A stretch of DNA of 64,000 nucleotides, from NCBI GenBank assembly GCA_965217775.1, contig CBDCJH010000002.1:4160001-4224000 (forward strand), in the 5' to 3' direction. The DNA is from Acidobacteriota bacterium (lineage in GTDB: Bacteria; Acidobacteriota; UBA6911; RPQK01; JAJDTT01). Position numbers and translations under genes: made by a program. Shown one piece after another: positions 55,548 through 64,000 of this stretch. How positions within the stretch are numbered: the first letter of the stretch is position 1; each line of letters begins with the position of its first letter. The notes under the pieces were generated by a model. That model saw nothing but the letters and a program-made list of their open reading frames with translations, ran no database searches and had not been told where the DNA came from.

Positions 55548-58500
55548 ATGAGCATCGATCGTTTCACGACTGCACGACCTGATTTCCGGCCCGGCGCTCT
55601 GGGAATTCTGGTTCCGATCCTGCTGGCGTTGGCTTTGGCGGCCCCGCCGGCCTACGGACAGAGCACCACATTCTCCCAATTGGGGGGGTCGGTGCGAGAT
55701 CAGACCGGAAGCGTGATTCCGGGCGTCGAGATCACGGCGTCCATCACTGAGATCGGTCTGGAACGGACCACCATCACCAACGATCACGGCTACTACGTGA
55801 TCGACAAGCTACCCGCCGACGTGTACGAGGTGAAGGCGTCTCTTCCGGGATTCAAGACCCAGTTGGCCCCCAACGTGGAGCTTCGCGGCGGACAAAAAGG
55901 CCGCGTGGACTTTCTCATGGAGCCGGGAGAGATCGTGGAGAGCATCACGGTCGTCGATGCCATCGCGACCATCGAGACCGAGACTCCGGACATGAGTTCC
56001 ACGCTACGCCAGAGGGAGATGCTGGATCTTCCCTTCTCCGGCAACACGGGCCGCGACCTGATCCACTTGGCGGAGTTGGCCACGGGGGCGGTGACGGTGC
56101 GCTTCGCCCAGGATTCCCGCTTCGTCCGCGACGGTGGCGGACTCCCTGCCGTCAACGGCCTGCGACCGGACGCCAGCAGCGAGATTCAGTACGACGGGGC
56201 CCGAAATCAGACCCTCTACGACCAGAAGGCGGCCGTCAAACCGACGCCGGAAACGGTGAAGGAGTTCAAGGTCGTCACCAACACGGTTTCGGCCGAGTAC
56301 GGCAAGGTGGGCGGCACCGTGGTGAGCATGGTCAGCAACAGCGGCACCAACGAGTTCCACGGCCACATCTGGGAGTACTTCCAGAACGAGGGCATGAACG
56401 CCAACGGCTTCTTCGCCAACCGTTCGGGGCTGGGCAAGCTGCCTTTCACCTCCCACAACACGGGAGCGGCGGTCGGGGGACCCATCATCAAGGACAAGAC
56501 GTTCTTTTATTCCGCCTACGAATTGTTCTACAACGATTTCGCGGTTCCGGGAGAAATGGAGGTCCCCTCGCTGGCCGAGCGGCAGGGGGACTTCAGTCTG
56601 GGAGACGGCCCCTGGGGAATGCAGACCATCTACGACCCCTTCAACGTGGTGGACGGGCAACGGCAGCCCTTCCCGGGCAATCGGATTCCCCAGGACCGCA
56701 TTCATCCCATCTCCAGACGGGTGATGGATCTGGTCCCCTTTCCCGAGCCCAACAGCTCGGAAATACCGAACTACAACTACCAGCACGCCACGAAGCGGAA
56801 GATCAACAAGTTCTCGACCCGCGTCGACCACAACTTCGAGAGCGATTCCAGCATCTTCGGCCGCTTCTCCTTTCAGACGGATCCCGCCGTATCCCACGGT
56901 GGAGCACAGAACTTCTATGGGGGCGGAAATTTCTCCAGCTATACCGGCCGGGGACGAGTGGGAGTCCCGGGAATGCTCAACGGCGTTTACGAGTCCAGTT
57001 CCACCAACGACAACGGGTGGCAGACCATGGGCGGCTGGGTGAAGCCCTTCGGCGCCCGAGTGGTCAACGAGCTGAGCGTCAGTGGCTGGTGGTTTCGAGG
57101 TCACCGCTTTACCGAGGACGAGACCAACTGGGTGCAGGAATTCGGTTATGACATCGCCGATCAGGTCAAGCTGGTCGCCGAGGACGGTGGAAGAGGTCCT
57201 GGTGGTCTGCCTGATATTCGGATTGAAGGTTACGGACGGATCAATGGTGAAACCGACGGGCGGCGCCAGGATCGGGGCCTCAACCTGAAGGACACCCTGG
57301 CTTGGCAGGAGGGAAACCACTATCTCAAGTTCGGATTCGAGCATATCCGCTACTACGACAACCAGTTGCGATGGGTCCCGTCCGGAAGCGCCAGTAACCG
57401 CTTCAACGGTTACATCACGGGTCAGATCCTCCAGGACGGGGCCGGCAACGTCACGGGTTCGACCCGCGGGCAGCCCTTCGCCGACTTCCTGCTGGGGGCC
57501 TCCTCCAGTGTCAGCGCCAACATCCTGGGAGGCGGAGGCTATGGAACCGGCAGCATCCGCGGCATCGACACCATGTCGTTCTATGCCTTCTTTCTCCAGG
57601 ATGACTGGAAGGTCAGTCCCGACCTGACCGTCAACTTGGGGGTGCGCTGGGAAATTCCCCTTCCAGCCACCTGGTTCAGGGACAAGACCACCTGCTTTTT
57701 CGACCTCTCGGGAGGCCGGTACGGCGCCGTCCAGATGGTGCCGAAGGGATTTCCCGTCGATGCCGACATCGTCACCGGTGGCGACCGTTCCCTGCTGGTG
57801 ATCCCCCACGTGGAGCGCGGCAGCAGAGCCTGCGTGGATCCCCACTACAAGGACTTCGCTCCCAGAATCGGCATCGCCTGGCGCATGTTCGGAACCAACC
57901 GGACGGTGCTGAGGTTGGGCGTCGGAACCTCCTTCGATCAGGTGATCGGCGCCTGGTACGGAGGCACGGGTTGGCTGGGGCATTACGCCGGCAGGGTCAG
58001 TGGCGTCCACCAGCGGGGCACCAACCCCGACCTTTTCCTGGGCACCTACAGGACGGTTCCCAGCGTAGCCGCATCCAAGATCCACCCACCCGGCTATCAG
58101 CATGACCCGTCCTCCTCCCAGACCGGCCAGATCTACAGCTACAATCTCTCGATCCAGCATGAGTTGATGCCGGGCACCAAGCTGGAGATCGCCTATGTGG
58201 GCAATCAGGGCCGGCACATGAGGTCCAGCCGAGGTTGGAACGTGGCCCAGCCCGAGGGGAAGGCGATGTTCCTGCAGACGGGCGAGCGCCTGGTGGCCAC
58301 GGGCTCACGGCAGGAACGCCGGCCCTATCCCCAGTTGGACGGAAACCTGACCACGTTCTTTGACGGCAGCAGCAACTACAACTCCCTGCAGATGAAGGTG
58401 GAGCGGAACCTGCGGAACGGTCTTTCCTTTTCCACCGGGTGGACCTGGGGCGCCGCCTTCATCACCAACACCCATGGGGCCTACTTCTCCGGCGTCCAGA

Positions 58501-59084
58501 ATGAGTTCGCCAGGCACGAGCTCAATGGCCGGCCGCGCTACAACCGGACCCACAGCCTCTACGCCACCCTGGTCTATGAGCTGCCCTTCTTCAGACAGGC
58601 CCAGGGTCTGACCAGAACTCTCCTGGGGGGTTGGGAGACCACGGGCATCGTCACTCTGGCCAGCGGCGCACCCTACGGCGTGCAGGTCAGCAGCGACCTG
58701 AACGATGTGGGGCGGCGCCGGTTGTTGCTTCCCAACCGGACCTGCAACGGGAACCTGAGTGAGAGTCAACGGACGGTGACCCGCTTCTACGACACCAGTT
58801 GCTTCCAGCCGGCGCCGCTCGGTGAATGGGGCAATTCAGCCATGTTCCCGCTGGTAGCGGACGACGTCCAGATGTTCGATATCGGTATCCACAAGAAGTT
58901 CGTGGTGGGAGAGGGGAAATCTTTCGACGTACGGGCCGAAATGTTCAACGCTTTCAACCACACGATCTTCGACACGCCGGGTGGAAAGGGTGGTCAGGAC
59001 TCGGTGGACCGCTCCGGCATCGGTCGAGTCTCAGGGGCCACCTCGGCGCGGCAGATCCAGATCAGCCTGCGGTTCTCCTTCTAG
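55548..59084 (+). CDS. TonB-dependent receptor (Oar-like), paralogue of 19354-22842
   Basis: Shared RFVRDxGGLPAVNGLRPD, WRMFGTNRTVLR, DTPGGKGGQD; C-terminal LRFSF; GGAGG RBS. Confidence 0.93.
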   Translation: MSIDRFTTARPDFRPGALGILVPILLALALAAPPAYGQSTTFSQLGGSVRDQTGSVIPGVEITASITEIGLERTTITNDHGYYVIDKLPADVYEVKASLPGFKTQLAPNVELRGGQKGRVDFLMEPGEIVESITVVDAIATIETETPDMSSTLRQREMLDLPFSGNTGRDLIHLAELATGAVTVRFAQDSRFVRDGGGLPAVNGLRPDASSEIQYDGARNQTLYDQKAAVKPTPETVKEFKVVTNTVSAEYGKVGGTVVSMVSNSGTNEFHGHIWEYFQNEGMNANGFFANRSGLGKLPFTSHNTGAAVGGPIIKDKTFFYSAYELFYNDFAVPGEMEVPSLAERQGDFSLGDGPWGMQTIYDPFNVVDGQRQPFPGNRIPQDRIHPISRRVMDLVPFPEPNSSEIPNYNYQHATKRKINKFSTRVDHNFESDSSIFGRFSFQTDPAVSHGGAQNFYGGGNFSSYTGRGRVGVPGMLNGVYESSSTNDNGWQTMGGWVKPFGARVVNELSVSGWWFRGHRFTEDETNWVQEFGYDIADQVKLVAEDGGRGPGGLPDIRIEGYGRINGETDGRRQDRGLNLKDTLAWQEGNHYLKFGFEHIRYYDNQLRWVPSGSASNRFNGYITGQILQDGAGNVTGSTRGQPFADFLLGASSSVSANILGGGGYGTGSIRGIDTMSFYAFFLQDDWKVSPDLTVNLGVRWEIPLPATWFRDKTTCFFDLSGGRYGAVQMVPKGFPVDADIVTGGDRSLLVIPHVERGSRACVDPHYKDFAPRIGIAWRMFGTNRTVLRLGVGTSFDQVIGAWYGGTGWLGHYAGRVSGVHQRGTNPDLFLGTYRTVPSVAASKIHPPGYQHDPSSSQTGQIYSYNLSIQHELMPGTKLEIAYVGNQGRHMRSSRGWNVAQPEGKAMFLQTGERLVATGSRQERRPYPQLDGNLTTFFDGSSNYNSLQMKVERNLRNGLSFSTGWTWGAAFITNTHGAYFSGVQNEFARHELNGRPRYNRTHSLYATLVYELPFFRQAQGLTRTLLGGWETTGIVTLASGAPYGVQVSSDLNDVGRRRLLLPNRTCNGNLSESQRTVTRFYDTSCFQPAPLGEWGNSAMFPLVADDVQMFDIGIHKKFVVGEGKSFDVRAEMFNAFNHTIFDTPGGKGGQDSVDRSGIGRVSGATSARQIQISLRFSF

Positions 59085-59114
59085 CCCGACCGGGCCTCTG
59101 GCTGGTAATCCTCA

Positions 59115-59147
59115 AGGGGCCGCCATCCGGCGGCCCCTGTTTTTTTT
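59115..59147 (+). terminator. Intrinsic terminator
   Basis: AGGGGCCGCC-atcc-GGCGGCCCCT followed by G and T8. Confidence 0.88.
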
Positions 59148-59151
59148 GGCT

Positions 59152-59173
59152 CTAGGAGGCTGCGCGGTAGAAT
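59152..59173 (+). promoter_or_regulatory. Solo MITE-B end supplying a candidate -10 (TAGAAT)
   Basis: CTAGGAGGCTGCGCGGTAGAA vs CTAGGAGTCTGCGCGGTAGAA at 62152; TAGAAT lies 6 nt before GTG 59180. Confidence 0.55.
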
Positions 59174-59179
59174 GTTCCG

Positions 59180-60823
59180 GTGAACTGGGCAGAGTTCCCT
59201 TTGTCGGCGCTGTTTGTCGCCTCGGCTTCCGCCTTGGCCTTCGGGGCCGACAGCGGCCGCCCTCCGTTCTTCGTCGACGTCAGCGAGAAGGCGCAACTGT
59301 CCTTCCTGCACGCGCCCAGGGCCGAGAGTGAGAGCTGGATGGCCAAGTTCATGGTCATCACCATGGGGTCCGGCGGGGGATTCTTCGACTACGACAACGA
59401 CGGCCGTCTCGATGTCTATCTGGTCAACGGGGTCGAACCCAATCGGCTCTTCCGGAACCGGGCCGACGGCAGTTTTGCCGATGTCACCGGCGAAGCGGGG
59501 GTGGGCGATACCTCGTATGGGATGGGGTGTGCGTTTGCGGACTATGACAACGACGGCTTTCAGGACATCTATGTCAGCAATCTGGGTCCCAATGTCCTCT
59601 ACCGCAACAACGGGGACGGCACTTTCAGCGACGTCAGCACCAGGGCCGGGGTGGGAGACCCGCTCTGGAGCACCAGCGTGGCCTTTGGCGACTACGACCG
59701 GGATGGGCACGTCGACCTCTATGTGTGCAACTATCTGAAGTTCTCCTTCGCCAGCCATCGCAACTGCTACTTCGGCGATATTCCCATCTACTGCTATCCC
59801 CACAGTTACGACGGCGTCCCCAACACGCTCTATCGCAATCGTGGTGACGGCACCTTCCGGGACGTCACGGCTCGAGCCGGCCTTCGGGAAGCCGCCGAGT
59901 TCAGCAAGGGGCTGGGCGTGATCTGGCTCGACTTCGACCGGGACGGCGACCTGGATCTGTTCGTGGCCAACGACACCACCGCCAATTACCTGTTCGAGAA
60001 CCAGGGAGACGGCACCTTCGAGGACGTTTCTCTGGTCTCCGGGACCTCTCTCAGCGCCATGGGAGTTGCTCAGTCGGGAATGGGCGTGGACGCCGCCGAT
60101 CTGGACGGCAAGGGGCGCTTTCACGTCATCGTGACCAACTATTCTCTCCAGAACAACGCCCTCTACTGGAACGAGGGCTTCGGACTCTTCAGCGATCGTA
60201 TCGTCCGGACCCGCCTCGCCGGACCCAGCTTCGTCCCGCTGGGTTTCGGCGTCAACTTCTTGGATTACGACAACGACGGCTTTCCGGATCTGTTCGTGGC
60301 CAACGGGCACGTCCTGGAGCAGGCGGGGACCGTCAATGCCAGCACCGGCTACCGGCAGCCGAACCAACTGTTTCGCAATGCCGGCGAAGGTCTCTTCGAA
60401 GAGGTCTCGTCTCGGGCCGGCGATTATTTCAAGGTCGAGAACGTCTCTCGCGGATCGGCCGTCGGAGATTTCAACAACGACGGGAGGCTGGATCTGCTGG
60501 TCTCCAACAACGGGGGCAAGGCGGATCTCCTGGAGAACAGGACCGGGTCCGAAAACAACTGGATCAAACTCAAGCTGGAGGGAACGCACTGCAACCGAAA
60601 CGCCATCGGGGCGAAGGTCTTCGTCGACGCGGGAGGGGTTCGACAGTTGCAGGAGGTCCGCGCGGGAAGCAGCTACCTGAGCCAGAGCGATCTCAGGATC
60701 CATTTCGGCCTGGGGAAGGCGACCCGGGTGGATTCGATTCGAGTCGACTGGCCCTGCGGCAAAAGGACCCGGATCCCCGCCCCGGGAATGCTGAACCGGA
60801 TTCTGGAGATTCGGGAAGAATGA
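59180..60823 (+). CDS. CRTAC1-family FG-GAP + ASPIC/UnbV protein
   Basis: DYDNDG repeats; SYLSQSDLRIHFGLG; paralogue of 24245-25906. Confidence 0.92.
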   Translation: MNWAEFPLSALFVASASALAFGADSGRPPFFVDVSEKAQLSFLHAPRAESESWMAKFMVITMGSGGGFFDYDNDGRLDVYLVNGVEPNRLFRNRADGSFADVTGEAGVGDTSYGMGCAFADYDNDGFQDIYVSNLGPNVLYRNNGDGTFSDVSTRAGVGDPLWSTSVAFGDYDRDGHVDLYVCNYLKFSFASHRNCYFGDIPIYCYPHSYDGVPNTLYRNRGDGTFRDVTARAGLREAAEFSKGLGVIWLDFDRDGDLDLFVANDTTANYLFENQGDGTFEDVSLVSGTSLSAMGVAQSGMGVDAADLDGKGRFHVIVTNYSLQNNALYWNEGFGLFSDRIVRTRLAGPSFVPLGFGVNFLDYDNDGFPDLFVANGHVLEQAGTVNASTGYRQPNQLFRNAGEGLFEEVSSRAGDYFKVENVSRGSAVGDFNNDGRLDLLVSNNGGKADLLENRTGSENNWIKLKLEGTHCNRNAIGAKVFVDAGGVRQLQEVRAGSSYLSQSDLRIHFGLGKATRVDSIRVDWPCGKRTRIPAPGMLNRILEIREE

Positions 60824-62070
60824 TTCGCTGGTGGAATGCCGGCTGCTGCGTGCTGGTCTGCCTCACGACCGCTGCCCTGTGCCGGGACGCCGACTTTGAG
60901 CGGGCTTTGAGAATGATGGGGGAGTTGGACTATCCGGGAGCGCTGGCGGCGTTTCGTCAGTTGGCAGAGCGCCCCGATCCCGATCCCGCGATCTACTTTC
61001 AAATGGGGGCCTGTCAGACCGTCCTGGGGCAATACTCCGCGGCTTTGGAGAGCTTCCGGCAGGCCACGGAGGCTGGCTTGGCGGAGAGCTGGCAGATCTG
61101 GTCCGCCCGAGGCATCGCTCACTTCAACCTGGAACGATTCCCCGAATCCCGGCGAGCATTCGAGCGAGTCCTGGGTCAGGAACCGGACGAGTTCACTTCC
61201 TTGTTCTTCTTGGGCCGGTTGGATCTGGAGGGAGGCGAGTTGGACGCCGCGGAGGCCAGGTTCCGCCGCGTGATCCAGCTTGAATCCAGCTACGAGCCCG
61301 CATTCTACTATCTCGGACGCACCTTGATCCGCAACGGAAAGACCGCGGAGGGGAAACGGATTCTTCGATACCACCAGCGGCGGGAACACCTCCAAAACCG
61401 GCTCCGGACCCTCACCGATCTGGCCAGATCCGAGAATACGCCGGCAGAGATCTACGCTGAGATGGCCGGAGTCTATCTCGATCTGGGAAGTCGGCAGCAG
61501 GCCCGGAAGGCTCTACACAAAGCGGAGGAGATCGCTCCGGCTACCGAGTTGACCCGGCTGGTTCGCGGCCGGTTGAGCTACCTGGACGGTAACTTCGACC
61601 TGGCCGAAGAGCATCTGGCGGCTTACCTGAAGATCGAAAGCCGGAAGTGCGATGCGCACCACTTCCTGGGTCTGGCCCTGAAGGCTCAACGGAAATTTTC
61701 GGCCGCGGCGCGCGTCCTGCGCCGCGCCTCGGATCTCTGTCCTCCCGAAGTCTCCCTGCTGGCCTCCCTGGCCGAGGTGGAGATCCAGAACCGGAATCTG
61801 CTGGTGGCGGTGGCGCTGGCGGACAAGATCACCAAGCTGGACCCGGCCGCGGCGGAGGGTCCGTTCCTGAAGGCCGTTTCCTCCCTGTACCGTCATGATC
61901 TCCAGGGAGCGGAGAAGTGGGCGCTGCGCGCCCTCCACCTGGAGCAGGAGAATCCCGAGTATCACCGCCTTCTGGAAGCCATTTATCGCAACCAGGGCGA
62001 CACCGAAAAAGCGGACCTCCATCGGAAACAGATGGAAATTCTGTTGTCCGACCGGAAATCATCGGAATGA
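60820..62070 (+). CDS. TPR protein, coupled to the CRTAC1-like gene
   Basis: TPR repeats; ATGA overlap; shares CxTVLGxY and REHL...LRTL with 22977-24248. Confidence 0.85.
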   Translation: MIRWWNAGCCVLVCLTTAALCRDADFERALRMMGELDYPGALAAFRQLAERPDPDPAIYFQMGACQTVLGQYSAALESFRQATEAGLAESWQIWSARGIAHFNLERFPESRRAFERVLGQEPDEFTSLFFLGRLDLEGGELDAAEARFRRVIQLESSYEPAFYYLGRTLIRNGKTAEGKRILRYHQRREHLQNRLRTLTDLARSENTPAEIYAEMAGVYLDLGSRQQARKALHKAEEIAPATELTRLVRGRLSYLDGNFDLAEEHLAAYLKIESRKCDAHHFLGLALKAQRKFSAAARVLRRASDLCPPEVSLLASLAEVEIQNRNLLVAVALADKITKLDPAAAEGPFLKAVSSLYRHDLQGAEKWALRALHLEQENPEYHRLLEAIYRNQGDTEKADLHRKQMEILLSDRKSSE

Positions 62071-62155
62071 TCCGGCCGTCCGGGCGTCACGCCTGAGTCC
62101 GGAAGACCCGCCGTGGAACCGCTTGCTCCCGCGCCGCATCGATGATCTCTGCTAG

Positions 62156-62314
62156 GAGTCTGCGCGGTAGAAATGATCGTAGCGAGAAAGTGGGGAATCG
62201 AGGCCAGATTTTCTCGATTTGGAGGTGCATAGTTGTTCTATTCGCCGAGAAATCGGGGAAATCTGGACCGATTCTACCGCTTTCGCAGTAGATCAATTTC
62301 TGCGGCGCAGGCTC
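62156..62314 (-). mobile_element. MITE family B, copy 2
   Basis: 159 bp; CTAG on both sides; right CTAG contains the TAG stop of the TPR gene. Confidence 0.88.
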
Positions 62315-63238
62315 CTAGCCCGTGCCCAGACCGTACAGGTTCAACAACTCGATGAATTCCTGACGGTCACGAAATCGGTCGAACGCCTGCTCTGCGGCCA
62401 GCCGCTCCTGGTCCAGGAACCCGACCGCCAACGCCTTCGCCAGATAATTCAAGCATTGCGCCAAGTTCTCCATCTCGGCAAAGAGGCGCGCCAAGTTGTA
62501 GTGCGTTTCCGGATCCAATCCCATTGGATCCGAATAGGTGACACGGGTTCCGCTTCTCTGGTCGAAGGCCTGAGGATCCAGGTCCATGGCTTTGCGGTAG
62601 GCTCGACGGGCCAGGTCGTAGTGACCCCACAACATCCGACCATATCAGTCCGTGGCGAAAGTCGCGCGAGCACCGAGACCGTTCCTGCGCCCGCCGGACA
62701 AGGCGCGATTCGGGTGCATACCGGGAGTATGTGCCCGAATCGCAACGCAGTCCGCCGGGATGCAGGGACGGTCGAATGCCGTGACGACTTTTGCCACGGG
62801 CTGATATCCCAGATTGACGTAGAAGAACGACTGGGGATCGATGGCAATCGCTTGTTCGAAGGAGCGAACCGCCTTCTCGTATTGTCGGTTCGACAGCAGG
62901 GCGATTCCCAGCGTGTTGTGGGCCGGAGCGTACCGCGGATCGAGTCTGATGGCGTGTTCCGCCGCCTTTCGTCCCTGCCAAAAGCGTCCGGTCCGACAAT
63001 ACGCGATCGCCAGTTTGTTGAAGATGGCCTCGTGATACGGATTCAAGTTCGTCGCCTCAAGATACTTGAGGATGGCGAGATGATCCTTTCCTTCCTCCAA
63101 CATCCGGTCGGCCTCTCCCATAAGGCGGTAGGAGACGAGGACGCTCTCGCGAGGCACCGGGAGCTTCGTGATCCGGGAAGGACCGCAGCCGAGGAGGAAC
63201 CCCGTGAGAAGAACGATCGCGGTTCTCGAGGCCGTCAT
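62315..63238 (-). pseudogene. TPR lipoprotein gene interrupted by MITE-A
   Basis: Lipobox LLGC; removing the MITE and one ATAT restores ...VNLGY-GRMLWGHY... in frame. Confidence 0.85.
62646..62803 (-). mobile_element. MITE family A, copy 4
   Basis: 158 bp; ATAT on both sides; intragenic. Confidence 0.93.
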
Positions 63239-63284
63239 GGGATCCACGGCTAGAAAGGCGGAGTTCATGAGAAGAGGCATACCC

Positions 63285-64000
63285 TCAATCAATGAATTGG
63301 AAGGCGTACAGGTTGCCGTCCCGGAGCTGGAACCGGAGCCGGAGAGCCCGATTCCTCAGACCCCCCAGGCCGGTGTTTCCGTTCCAGCTCACCCGGTGGC
63401 CCAGCGAGTCCCCGCTCACCGGGTCGCACGCCTCGCTGGTGAATCCCGACAGGGGACGGCCAGCGGTGTCCAGGATCTCGACTCGCAGATCACCCCCCAC
63501 GTCGGCGTTCAGGATCAACCGGTTTCCGGACATCCTGAGGTTCCGGGTGGTCAGCCGGCCGGTATGCTCCCCGGCCTCGAAGGAGACGAAACCGTCGCGG
63601 CGAAGGGTCGCCAGACCGGTGGCCCTCTGTTTGCGCTCTCCTTGTTCCACCCATCCAGCCTGGACCTTCCGTAGATCCGACCCGTAGGGGAAGTTTTCTC
63701 CCCAGTAGTAGACCCGGATCCGGTCCTGATGGACCACCGGAGCCACGGGAATGCTCAAATGACTGTCCCAGGCGCCGGCCTCTCCGCGCCCCAGGATGAA
63801 CTCTCCCGGGAAGATCCGTTGCCAGCGGACGCCGTCGCGGCTGTAGGCCAGTTCCGCATCGGCCCGGACCCAGCCCTCGTCGCCCCGCTCGAAGACCCAG
63901 AGCCATCCCAGGTACCGGCCTTCGTACAGGAATGCGGACAAGCCCTTGAAGTGCAGGTTGGACTCGTCCGGACCCGGCACCAGGACCGGCTCGGGATCGG
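63285..64000 (-). CDS. Beta-propeller GH-like protein (member 13), 5' end beyond the window
   Basis: HFKGLSAFLYEG, LRRDGFVS, LRLRFQL; paralogue of 45143-46600. Confidence 0.8.
   Translation of the reverse strand, partial: DPEPVLVPGPDESNLHFKGLSAFLYEGRYLGWLWVFERGDEGWVRADAELAYSRDGVRWQRIFPGEFILGRGEAGAWDSHLSIPVAPVVHQDRIRVYYWGENFPYGSDLRKVQAGWVEQGERKQRATGLATLRRDGFVSFEAGEHTGRLTTRNLRMSGNRLILNADVGGDLRVEILDTAGRPLSGFTSEACDPVSGDSLGHRVSWNGNTGLGGLRNRALRLRFQLRDGNLYAFQFID

Noticed and set aside
1284-60703. Many long antisense or alternate-frame ORFs (e.g. 1284-3353, 19393-22134, 39034-41613, 56004-58217, 59081-60703)
   Set aside because: They mirror well-supported genes on the opposite strand, carry no motifs, and are expected shadows of high-GC3 coding
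62645-62647. In-frame TGA as a possible selenocysteine codon
   Set aside because: It is explained by the MITE/duplication junction, a TPR protein has no catalytic Cys context, and no SECIS was identified
1-64000. CRISPR array, cas genes, transposase or integrase
   Set aside because: Repeats are dispersed palindromes rather than regularly spaced repeat-spacer units, and no such proteins are recognisable

Overview
GC-rich bacterial window, most likely Acidobacteriota. This is inferred from the GWxTD protein, the acidobacterial VWA-related protein, the carboxypeptidase-regulatory-domain TonB receptors and the CRTAC1/ASPIC-UnbV proteins. The window is dominated by exported carbohydrate-active-looking genes: 13 paralogues of one uncharacterised beta-propeller family (shared LRxDGFxS...RLRF C-terminus), 3 BNR/sialidase-fold proteins, a sulfatase, a Tat-lipoprotein UxuA-like dehydratase, an SDR and a Gfo/Idh/MocA oxidoreductase. 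There are 3 TonB-dependent receptors, two of which sit in a duplicated TBDR + FG-GAP/ASPIC + TPR module, a candidate SusCD-independent utilisation system. Accessory content comprises VapBC, HicAB, a decayed HigBA and an AT-richer AAA-ATPase + DUF4276-like pair. Two MITE families and two REP-like families are present. MITE-A (158 bp + 4-bp NTAN duplication = 162 bp = 54 codons) has inserted in frame into two genes, reading through in a sulfatase and creating a single junction stop in a TPR lipoprotein gene. No rRNA, tRNA, CRISPR array or transposase was seen. Family calls are from motif recognition only; no searches were run.
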